A stretch of 64,000 nucleotides of DNA. Origin: Octopus sinensis (taxonomy: Eukaryota). Location: contig NC_043015.1 in NCBI RefSeq assembly GCF_006345805.1, forward strand, positions 16,926,001 through 16,990,000. Reading direction: 5' to 3'. Of the stretch, positions 1 through 11,068 are shown piece by piece (position 1 is the first letter of the stretch; every line of letters begins with the position of its first letter). The position numbers were made by a program, and so were the translations under genes. The notes below the pieces were generated by a model. The model made no database searches and was not told the origin of the DNA. It saw only the letters and a list, made by a program, of their open reading frames with translations.

Positions 1-1082
1 CCTTCCTGCTGGTCATGGCTTCATGTCACTGTTGCAGCTTTTACAGTTTCACAGAGCATTGAGCAGCAGTCATCATGTCGACACTTTGATATCCAGCATG
101 AATCATCATGATACTGGTAACTCTTTTCCAATATTCAGATGGCTTCCAATTCTCCATATCAACTAACTTTTTCTCAACTACAATTTTAGTCTTTATGTTC
201 TCCAATATTGTTGACTGTTCACCAATACATCAAGTTGCTCCTGAAAAAAGGAGACAAAAAAAAGTGTCGAATTTAACCTGAATACTCTGTATAGAAACAT
301 AGACAAATGTGGGAGTGTATTCACCCACATTTAAATGCCTACACACACATCAACATTTACAGAGCATAGGTCATTAATGAAGTAGAGAAAGGGAGAAAAT
401 ATTTGCGCTGGCCTTCATAGAAGATTGCTGTATGTATATTTTCATAAATTGCAGGCAAAGGTTTTTGGATTGAAGATAGGACTCTTTTCCATGTGTTTGC
501 AATTGCCAATTGAAACATAGTGTTAAAAATCATTACAGTATGAGAAGTGATCAATAGAGTGGTTGAGCTACAGGTTTGAGCACTTCTTGGGCATTGTTAT
601 TGACATCCAATAGAATTGGTTATGCAACTAGTACCACATAACACTTATGTACAGTACATAGGGTTTGAATGGTATGATATTAGAGATAGTCAAATCTCCT
701 CCCTTTGCCTGGTTTGAGGTATTGATTCTTTCTACTTTCCCTTCTCTAATTCTTGCTTCCTCCTCTTTTGTTCTACTCACTGACTCTCTCACACCACACT
801 TCTCAAACACATCTAACATACACCTATTCCTCACTTGAAGAGAGAATCTCTTTGTTACTAGCAGAGGTAACAGCTCACAGAATTTTTTTCTACCTTGTTC
901 TTATTCTCACTACCCATACACATTAAATACGTGAAATTAATCTGGCAATCATTCCCCAGCCTTTCAGTAGCTGCCCTCAAATGCTATTGAATATTTATCA
1001 CATATATTATAGCTGGGTACTTGTGTATGATTTTTTGATGTGTGTAGAACAAAATGCACAAATAACAAGTCAGCTCACTTAA

Positions 1083-2810
1083 CCCTTTACCTGGCAAAGA
1101 GGAATTAACTTGTCTTCACCTAATTTGTCTTTTTCAGAGTGCGACGAGTAAACTCATCCAAAACATAATTTCAAAAATAGCCAGACGAGTTCATATGTCA
1201 ATTCTCAGCATTTCTCAGTTTTTATGTTTTTTTTTTGTTTTTTTACAAATTATGCCCAGATGTCAAGCTCAGAAGATGACAATGAATATGAACCTTCTAT
1301 TAGAAGCTTAGATACATCAGATAATGGCTATTCTCTCTCAAGTGATGAAGAGAAGGATGGACGAATTTGGTGTTGACATGTGGTGTTGGAAGAATGCATG
1401 CTTCCTCCACCACCACACTTCCCATTCACTGGGAATCTTGGAACATTAATTGATCAAGACACAGCTGATATGATTCCTTTGGATTTTTTTTAGTCCTTTT
1501 TGTGACAACAGAATTATTGATTGAGTTGTGGATTAAACTAATCGCCTTGCTGAACAAACTGGAGAAAGAGATTGTATGTGGCACCCTGTAACAAAGGCAG
1601 AAATGTGTGTGTTTCTTCACCTTGAAAATGCTTGGGAGTGTTGTGAAAATACCAGATCAAGAAATGAACTGGTTGAAAGATGAACTACTTTTTCGGAATT
1701 GAAACACCATAATAAAATTTAAAAAATATCTTCCTTTTGTGAATAATGAAATTTTTGATGCAGAAACACATTCTAACACAAAATTGTATGAAGTTTAGTG
1801 AGAATTTTATAAAGTGTTATACCCCTAACCAAGATTTATCTATAGACGAAAGCCTTATGTTGTTCAAGATGGGTGCAGTACATACCTCTAAAAAGGATGA
1901 GGTTTGGAGTGGAGTATTTTCTTTTTGCGTCAAGGAAAGACTGGATATGTGTGTAGGGTAATCATTTATGTTGGCAATTGAACACAGTTTGATTCAGAAT
2001 GTAGTGAATATCCCATATTCTCATGTTGTGTTGTCTCTGATGAAGCTTTTACTTGGTAAAGGCTATTCTGTTACTGGGGATAACTTTTACACTAGTCCGC
2101 AATTAGCTGACACTCTGGTTAGTCACTAAACTGATATTTATGAAACTCTCCATTCGAATAGAAAGGAAGTGCCTGAACAGCTAAAAAGGGCAAAATTAAA
2201 AAAAGGGGAAGTTGCTGCATATCAGAGAAGTAAGGTAAGGACTCTTTGCTGGAAGGACAAGGATGTCACAATCTTTTCAACCATTCACAACCCTGCTATG
2301 AAGGATGTTGAGACAAGACAGGGGCCTGTGAAGAAACTAACAGTTGTAAATGATTACAATTTTTCAATGGGTGGAATTGACAAGGTGGACCAACAACTAG
2401 TAGATTATCCCATCACAAGGAAACGGAGTAAGAAATATTACAAGAAAATCTTCTTCCAGTTAATGGATCTTGCAGTACGGAATTCTTTCATATTGTACAA
2501 TGTAGCAGTCACAAAGGCAGGAAAAAAAGCCCTCACACACCTGAAATTTCATATGCAGATTATATGAGATATTATTGCAAAATATGAGGCAGATTTACCA
2601 TCCACTTAAATAGTAGGGAGACCTTTGACTTTGCCAGAATGATCACGTTTTACACCAGGACATTTTCCAATGGAAGTCCCAGCAACAGAAAAGACAAATC
2701 CAACAAGAAAGTGTGCATGTGTTGTCTGAAACATGATATATGTGTAAACTTTGTAATGTACGTTTATGTGTAGTACCATGCTTTGAAAAATTCCATACCA
2801 AATAATAATT
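1083..2810 (+). mobile_element. Decayed piggyBac (PGBD4-like) transposon with frameshifted transposase
   Basis: TTAA (1079-1082) followed by CCCTTTACCTGG left end. ORF fragments 1746-1961 (...YTPNQDLSIDESL) and 2169-2567 (...DYNFSMGGIDKVDQ...KKYYKKIFFQLMDLAVRNSFILY). Cys-rich C-terminus CNVRLCVVPCFEKFHTK near 2750-2800. Right TIR not found. Confidence 0.9.
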
Positions 2811-3863
2811 CATAAAATACGAGAGGAAGTAAGATGTATGGGAAGATGAGTTAAAATAAAAGATAAAATAAGTACAGTATTTTATTTACATTTACTTTTG
2901 GTTGCTTGCTATCCTTTATATCAGAATGTTCTGTGCAGCACAACAGCAATTTTACATTTAAAATTACAAGGCCCCATCTCAAACAAGGTGCAAATGCAAG
3001 TCGTGGATAAAATTTAATAAAAATAAAGCTTTTTTTGTCAGTGAAATATTGAAATTGACCATTGTGAGTTTTGAGAATTTATAAATTGAGTATTTGTACA
3101 AAAAGAACAGAGTTCTTTTAATATTCTCAATAGCATTTCAATACTGTTGAAGCATCGATGAAGTCACAATTCTCAAGTAAGAAGAAAATAATCAGCTACC
3201 TGAATATTTCAGGCCCTAATTGATTACCATCCCATACTTCAACAGCCATCTTTCTATCACTTTGTGGTAAATGTTCTAACACTTTTTGAGTTTGAATCTT
3301 ACAAAGGTTAACTTTACCTTTCATCTGCACATGGTCAATAAAATAAAGTAGCAGTCAAGGATTGAGGCTGATTGATATCTACAAATCCTCTCTTCTGAAA
3401 ATTACTTTTCTTGTACCACTCCTCTTAATATTACTGACCATGTGCCTAAATCAGAAACCATTATTATTGTTGTTATTATTATTTTCTATTTGTCTGAATC
3501 ACATTTTGTTTTCATTTGTTTCTATCGCCTAAACTTGGTGTTTTTATTTATTTGTTTCTCTTTCCTTTAATTGCTATTTCTCACCTTCACTCATCTCATG
3601 CACTACAAGTCAGTTTGAATCGATTCAAAACAGACTTGAGGATGCCACAATTCCTCTTGAAGTATTATTGTGATATATTTTGGGTAACCAAAAAGCCTGC
3701 TTGACTTGATGACTTCACTCCATTTTTTTTTTTTTACTCATTTTTTTCATCACTGTCTCATTCTGAAGATAGTTTTGTTTACAGTGTCTCTAATTCCTCT
3801 TCAATAATGGTTTTATAGATAGAAATAGGGTTACTGATCCTACAGCTCTCCCATTCTCTAACC

Positions 3864-6084
3864 CAGTGTTTCCCAACTTAGGGCCATGACAAAGATCAGT
3901 GAGTTACAGAAAAATTTAGGAATTGGAGAGAGAAGCACAAGCTCAATGAAGGTGACTACATTACCACACAGTTTCTTCCTAAAATGTTCTATTACTTTCA
4001 CTAACTCCTTACAATTTACACACAAAAACATACAATGCATTTTAAGTATTAAAAAAAGGATTCATTTGATAGTTTATTGTTAACCCTTTAGCATTTAAAC
4101 CGGCCATATCCGGCCAAAAGTATTCTGCTTGTTTTATGTTCAAACTGGCCAGATCTGGTCTCTCACACCAACCCTACAATATCGTTTTAAAAATTAACAG
4201 CAACCTCATCAAAATCTCAAGGCTACAAGATAATGCAGGATTAGTTCAAAACAATGTGGATGAAAAAGCATTAATTTTGGTAGAATAATGCGAACACTAA
4301 AGGGTTAATGAATAAACTATCAAGTTGGCATTGGAAAGTCTTGTATGAATTAAATATTGATGCTGCATTGAAGTTCATACATCTGGTGACGATCTCGAAG
4401 GATAATTGCATGTGTTGATTTGTTGAACTTTGGGATAGAGCTGTAATGTTTCTGAATGTGGCATATTTTACCAGTAAGATATATTTAAGAAGCTAAATTT
4501 GCTGAACAAACAAGATAAAAATACAAATCTTTTAATTTGCAAGGAGCTGAATCTACTCAAAAACTGAGATACGTCCTCTTACTTGTATGATTCAGGGATG
4601 CAAACTCAAACCTTTTGGCCATGTTGCACAATTTTCCAAACTAGACCCTGCTTACCATGCTCTCTTCACTGAGCACTTGGCTGGGTTGACAGTTCATGTT
4701 GGTCAGCCACATGTCACATGGTCATGGCAGATGAGGAGATATCTTGCAGAGAAGGTGGACTGACTAAGACTGCTCAATAGGTCACCCAGGTGGACATGGG
4801 AATATACTGACAAATGATGAATGCAGCAATGGCGCATGCCCCCACATCTGACCTGACCTACAAATGTGTTCTATTGGGTGTAAGGAATTGCCGCATATTC
4901 CAACCCTTGCTGCCATTTGGGATAAATCCAGTTGATATTGATATCGAACTACAAGAGAGCCTTAATGAGTTGCAAAGTAATCAAACTGCTCAAACTAAAT
5001 TTAATAACAAGCTCAGTAACTTACGGACAAATAGTGAAATTGCTATGAAATTCTTATTGTTTTGGCGAGAAGTAAAATTATATTTCATTGCCTTTCCTAC
5101 TTGATACCTAGCTGAGCCAGGTTTTAGCCAAGTGTCTTTCCTACTATCAAAAGCTCACTTTCACTAAGAAATTGTAAGCAGTGGTGGTCTCTTTGTCTCT
5201 AACTATGGATTCTGTACATCAGAAAAATAATGTATTATCATTTAATATTTCTTTTCCACTTATCTACTTCCATGCAAAGTAATATTTCACTATTTCACCA
5301 AGGCAAACATGTTTTCACAGAATAATGGAAATGAATGACCTCCATTTACAAGTCTTGCGATATCAAAACAGAGACACGTGCGCACACACACACGAAGTGG
5401 GGGAGGGGGTCCTTTCAGTTTCCCTCAACCAAATTCACTCATGTCGCGCAGTGAGACTGAAACCGAAACCATATGGTTGGGAAGCAAACGTCTTAACCAC
5501 ATCTGCGCCTGTAATTACATGAAATAGCCGTTTTATTGAACCCACAAAATATTCTTGTTTCTATGAAATAAAATAGAGAATAAATGTGCAATTAATAGAC
5601 ACAGATATTCTTATGGTGTTTACTATGTTTATTTATTATTATAAATTTTTAATAAAAATTTATTTTCATTACAAACTATCAATATTTTAAAAATTCATAG
5701 AAATAAATTTCATGAAAATAAAACTAATTTAAAACAATATATTAAATTTCATTATTATTTCGTAAGTTTTTATTTTTTTATGAATTCCGCCCAGATCGAC
5801 TTTGCGTTTCATCCCTTTCGCAGTCGATGAAGTACCATGAGCAATGGGTCAATGTGATTGACCAACTTCCTCCCCAAAAATTGTGCCTAGAATAGAAAGT
5901 ATTATTTGAACTAATTGTATTTTTATTAAAAGTTTTTAGTATTTTCAAAAGTGCCCTGTTTCTACTATTAACCATTATTACAAAATTGAAATACTTTTTT
6001 TCGCCAATAATGTTTAAAGAGTCCAAAGAAAAATGAAAGGTTCCAGTGGGGTGGGCATGAGCTAAAAATGGTTGGGAACCACTG
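3864..6084 (+). mobile_element. hAT (Charlie/Buster-like) transposon remnant with nested insertions
   Basis: Terminal inverted repeats CAGTGTTTCCCAAC / GTTGGGAACCACTG. Flanking 8-mers ctctaacc and cactagtc match 5/8 (decayed TSD). 4900-5200 encodes a hAT C-terminal-like FIAFPT*YLAEPGFSQV segment. Confidence 0.7.
4084..4304. mobile_element. piggyBac-type MITE (221 bp)
   Basis: TTAA on both sides (4080-4083, 4305-4308); termini CCCTTTAG...CTAAAGGG. Confidence 0.85.
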
Positions 6085-6911
6085 CACTAGTCTGTCTCTA
6101 CCGCCACCTTCTCATCCGGATTTCGCTGACGTCACTGTCCACCCGATCTTATCAACGGATTCGGTATCTTCTGTAAACGTTACTTCACCCGATTATGGTC
6201 TGTGCTCATACAAGTAGATATTTGAAATAGATAAAATTCCACTTGTTTTACAAAATTTATCACATCAACTATGTAGATATCACTAAGGTTCAAGCCGAGA
6301 GGTTACCAAACAGGTTTGTATCCAATGCCACTTCACCTGTGACATCTATAAAAAGCTGAACCTAACGCTAGCGACCAGCTCCCTGTTGAAGATTTTACCT
6401 AGAGGCGCCAATACAAGTCGAAACTAATTACCCCTATCTCAAAAGGGCTTAGTGTTGGTTCGCCCATGCTCCCTCTCTCTAAACTTTAAAAAAAAAAAAA
6501 CCTATGCTCATCTAATGACTAGCAAAAATTTATCTTTTCCCCACTTATCAACTCTTAACGTATCTGACAATGAAACCTGTTCACACACTACTACTCTGAA
6601 ACAGCTTGAATTATACGAATCCCCACCAATAATTTCTCAAGCTCAGAGAAAATTAAAAGGCGATATTCAAATATTAATAGGTATCCAAATCTTAAAAAGA
6701 AAAAAATTCTTTTTCTACTTTTCCCTCGATCAGTTGAAAAGAAAACATCCATACAAGATGACTGAAGGGCAACACCAATTTTCCTTTGGTGTGATGTACA
6801 ATTGAATGTAGTGAGCATGCCTTTATTTTGATTATTTTAAACATTTTCTTAACAGATAATATTCAAAAATCGAAAATGAGCAATATTCATAGTTTAACAA
6901 TTTATACTTAC

Positions 6912-7085
6912 CTTTATTACAGTATCATAATTTATTTCATCATATTTCAAAGTACCGACTTTATCATGGACTGCCTTCGATTTAACCATTATTTCTTCAG
7001 TGACTTTAGCTATTTTATCGACATTCCATTCCCAGTCAAGTTCCACTCCAGAGAGATTAATTCCTTTTGAATTATTTCCAGACAT
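6912..7085 (-). CDS. THOP1: First coding exon of a thimet oligopeptidase / neurolysin-like M3 metallopeptidase (rest of gene not found; presumably left of the window)
   Basis: 58 codons MSGNNSKGINLSGVELDWEWNVDKIAKVTEEIMVKSKAVHDKVGTLKYDEINYDTVIK align by eye to the THOP1/NLN N-terminus ([43 protein letters not shown], recalled). The exon ends at a consensus AAG|GTAAGT donor. The frame is open upstream to ATGs at 7412 and 7418. THOP1 versus NLN cannot be resolved from one exon. Confidence 0.75.
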
Positions 7086-8375
7086 ATTGCGACAATAATT
7101 GAAATTAGCTGTAAATCTCGGAGCACAACAGACTGATAAGCACAGCTGCCGATGAAAATCTAACAGAACAAATTTTCTTAAATATAAAAATGTTTCAAAA
7201 GATCGACCGGCGACGGACAAATTAACTGAGATCAATGTTCGTTTTTGACTTGCTGAAACAGCTGTTTGAAGGAGTTTTGAAAAGTTAAAATGGTTTTTAA
7301 CTCCAATAAAGATGCGATTATGTATCAAAAGAGGACAGGCAGTTGTGTGATACAGGTGTTTATAGATGAAAGGCAGCTTTCTCACTAAACACGAAGAGTA
7401 CACTGGACACATGGACATGTATCTGACGCATGCGTACTGTTCCAACGGTGCAATGATGAAAGTAAACTGTTCAAAACTTCAGGTCAAGATGAACTTTTGC
7501 AATAAAATTATTTCCAAAATATAAACCAAGTATTTTAATAATAACTTCACTTTAACTGTAGGTAACCCATTTGTAGGAGAGGAGTGCCGATTAAACAGAG
7601 TAAAGGACAAGATAATGACTTATTATTAACTAGACATGTTACCTATCCAAATAGGAATGAATGGTGGAGTCCGTCACTGGGAGTTCAACTACGACTCATA
7701 AAATGTTGAAACAAAACATTGTTAAGCATTTAGTCTGCTGTTATACCGTCGCCAATAATCATATTATTAACAAGGATGAACGACAAAATGGGTAGAATCA
7801 CAAACAAAATGCCGGTTAACACAAATCTGAGTTTTCCCCTCATAACTTTTAGGAAAATGGGGGGGGGTTTCAATGAAATTTTATATAAATACCTTCCAAA
7901 CGGCATACATTACAATTATAAAGTAATTTGTGAGGAAAACTTTTCCAAAGAGTGAGGAGAGATCTTCGGAAAATTCCCAAGATCCAAGTTTTTCCCTCAT
8001 AACTGTGTGTATATATATATATATATGAGTATATATGTGTACGTGTTTAATATGTATATATATATAATTTCATTTTCAATTATTTTTACGCCTTTTTAAC
8101 CATTCGTCGTTATTACCTTCTCTTTCTCTCTCTCTCTCTCTCTCTAAATATATATATATATACACACATATACATACATATATGTGTATATATATATGTA
8201 TGTATATAATATATGTGTATATATATATATACATATATATATACACACGCATATACATACATATATGTATATATATATATATATATATATACATATATGT
8301 ATGTATATAATATATGTGTGTATATATATATATATGTGTGTGTGTGTTTAAAGAGAGAGAGAGAGTAATAACGAG

Positions 8376-9078
8376 TGTAATGAATCTTGCATGCATGAAG
8401 TGGATTCGATCCACCATAGCCAAATTTAAATTAACACTGCAACAGAACTTTTTCCATGGTGGAACAATGGTTTTTTGCTGACAGCGGGTTTACATTTTCC
8501 AGATGCCTTTAGCTTGGCCGAAATAATGTCTTCACTACTTGACCCTTTCTAACTTCTTCTACTTCACCAAAAGCTAGAATAGAGATAACAAGACCACCAA
8601 CTAAATCTATTGTTCTCAATGATATATCTATCCTTCTGAATGCTTATATAAGCAAGCATACCCCAAGCAAAAATTAGTTTGTCACAGTCAGTGACAACTC
8701 AACGAAGTCTGGCTGACCAGCTAGAACCTTGGTCAGAGGGGGAAAGCAACTGTGAGACAAGACCCTACAATTCTCTCTAGCTCTAATTCTGTTCTTTTAC
8801 AACATCATTCTATCTGTCTCTGCAATTACTACTAAACAATGAAGAGGGCACAAACACAAACTTTACTTCGCATGCTTTTGGATGTATCAAAACCTGCCCG
8901 TCAAAGCCAGGTATTTGTAACGTAACGGTAAATAAATACTTTCCTAAAACTTCATGCATTGTTCATCTTCCACATCTTACAACATGCAATCATAACAATA
9001 ACTTTTTATCATTGCATCTGCTGACCACGACATCATCATAACATTATGTACCAAATCAATTAATTTATTGCCGTTACA
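8376..9078 (+). mobile_element. LTR (703 bp) of an LTR retrotransposon
   Basis: TGTAA...TTACA termini, TATATAA at 8645, AATAAA at 8931, followed after 2 nt by a tRNA-Trp primer-binding sequence. Confidence 0.75.
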
Positions 9079-9080
9079 AT

Positions 9081-9114
9081 TGGTGACCCCGACATGATTC
9101 GAACACGCAGCCTT
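9081..9114 (-). other. 34-nt 3' fragment of mature tRNA-Trp including CCA (extended primer-binding site; not a tRNA gene)
   Basis: Reverse complement AAGGCTGCGTGTTCGAATCATGTCGGGGTCACCA matches the recalled metazoan tRNA-Trp 3' end at 33/34 nt, including the non-templated CCA. Confidence 0.85.
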
Positions 9115-9287
9115 GTTACGAGTGAATGAGAATAACGACGAAGGGTTAAAAAGCGTAAAAATAATTGAAAATTAAATAAAATTGAAGCCAAAACATTAAA
9201 AATTATTGAAAGTGGGTAGAAATAAACACTACGTAGTGTAGTAGTACTACACCAGGGTATCTGTAGAAAGTTGAATGTGATTTTGGA

Positions 9288-9635
9288 ATATAACGAGGAA
9301 AAATTTGGATCTTGGGAATTTTCTGAAAGTCCTCTCCCTACCTCAAGATTTTCCCCACAAATTACTTTATAGTCATAATGTATGCTGTTTCAAAGGTATT
9401 TATATAAAATTTCATTAAAAAAAACCCATTTTCCTAAAAGTTATGAGGGAAAAACTCGGATTTTGTGAATTTTCCGAAGTCCTCTCTCCACTCCCTTAGA
9501 AAATATTTTCCCCACAAATTTCTTTATAATCGTAATGTATGTCATTTGAAAAGTATTACTATAAAATTTCATTGAAAAAACCCCGTTTTCCTAAAAGTTA
9601 TGAGGGAAAAGCTCGGATCTTTTGAATTTTCCTAA
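9288..9635 (+). repeat. ~155-bp tandem unit (about 2 copies) with an inverted copy at 7820-8005
   Basis: gttatgaggg(g)aaaa(a/g)ctcggat...ttttcctaaaa recurs at about 9440 and 9597; the reverse-complement copy lies at 7820-8005. Confidence 0.75.
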
Positions 9636-10342
9636 GTCCTCTCCTGTTGCTTTGCATGCATTTTTTTTCATATTCGTTTCATACACATTATTTTACACCA
9701 ATTCCAATATTTTTTTTTTGATTTTCATTTCCAGGTCAAGTTGTAAACATTAACCAAAATGCCTTGTAAGATAAAATGCCTAGTGATATTTCATCTGTCT
9801 TTACTTCCTGAATTCAATTCCCCCAGTCGACTTTACCTTTCATCCTTTCGGAGTTGATAAAATAAGTAATAGACTTAACCCCCTCCCCGAATTAGCTCGC
9901 CTTGTGCCATAATTTGAAACTAATACAAAGGTTAAGGGGAAAGGCGACGAACTGACAGAATTGTTCGCGTGTCGGGCAAAATAGCTTAGTGGCTTTTCGT
10001 CCATCTTTATGTTTACAGTTCAAATACTATTGAGGTCGACTTTGTCTTTCATTCTTTCGGGGTCTGTAAAATAAGGAATCGTTTTCGTCTTCTTCCAACC
10101 ACAAATTTTAATCTGAAAATTTTTGAAAATGTAATTTCGATTTGGTTCTGCTTGCTGATTACGAATCTCGCAGTTATTATTTTGGAAAATTTATAATAAA
10201 GAAGTTAAAAGCATTTAAAGTTACATACTTTTAGCCAATGAATTTTATGTCAATGTCCTCACAGCAAAACTCCACTTCATTAATTAATTGTTAACAACAA
10301 GTAAGTTTTGTAAGGAACTTGGAATTTGTGCAGTTAAAAAAA

Positions 10343-11068
10343 TTATTTACTTGATGTTTGTGCAGACGATTTTCTTTTAGCTGTACCATCATATTTAGAC
10401 GGAGATTGAACCAAGTCAGGAGAAAAGGGAGGGTGATCAACCAGTTCAAAACCACAGTTACGCACAGCAGCCATTGAAATCAAGGACTTGTGTGCAGGAG
10501 CATTGTTCTGGTGAAACGAGACCCCTTTCATCAGTTTTCCGGGGCACTTGGTCTTGACAGCCTTTCATAACTGTCTCAGTGAGCTGACATAGTACTCTCC
10601 ATTGATGGTTTGGCCCTTTTAAAGATAGTCAATAAACACAATGCCTTTTGCATCCCAAAAAACTGAGGCCATCACTTCCCTACAGATAAAATGACCTTGG
10701 CCTTGTTTGGAGTCGGTGAGGAAAGTTTCCTCAGTATGGATTGTCTTTGTCTCTGGTTTAAAGTGATAAACCTAACACACATCCTGGGTTAAGGAAACCA
10801 CCTGGATCTGTCTCAAACAATGTCAGAAGACATGGCATCCACTGAACAGAAACCATTGTCATGCCAAGTTCATTGAACAGAATATTCGCAATCTTCTCAC
10901 AGGATATGCTAACAGCATTGGCTATTTCATTTATAGTCAATCATCTGTCATCTATTAGCATGTGGTGAACACAATCGATGTTTTCCTCAGTGGTGGCATC
11001 CAGATCTTGTGTCATCTTCAAGACTCTCCCTACCCCTCTGAAATTCAGTTGCCCACTTTTGCACTGTT
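10343..11068 (-). mobile_element. Decayed mariner transposase
   Basis: Fragments GRESLEDD.RSG...MTINEIANAVSIS...ILFNELGM..VSVQW.PCLLT and FHQNNAPAHKS...HPPFSPDL (mariner HTH, WVP-like and YSPDL-like motifs). Confidence 0.85.

Noticed and set aside
1-245. Minus-strand polypyrimidine/CAG acceptor as a candidate exon 2 of the THOP1/NLN-like gene
   Set aside because: All three frames stop within about 16 codons and show no M3 peptidase similarity.
691-702. CCCTTTGCCTGG resembling the piggyBac left TIR at 1083
   Set aside because: No TTAA, and it is in the same orientation as the left end, so it cannot be the missing right TIR.
6380-6432. Hammerhead-like CTGTTGAAGATTT...AAGTCGAAACTAATT
   Set aside because: Core position 6 is altered and no stem I pairing is present; at best a decayed relic.
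9081-9114. Possible tRNA-Trp gene
   Set aside because: Only the 3' 34 nt are present and they include CCA, so the sequence is derived from mature tRNA or a PBS.
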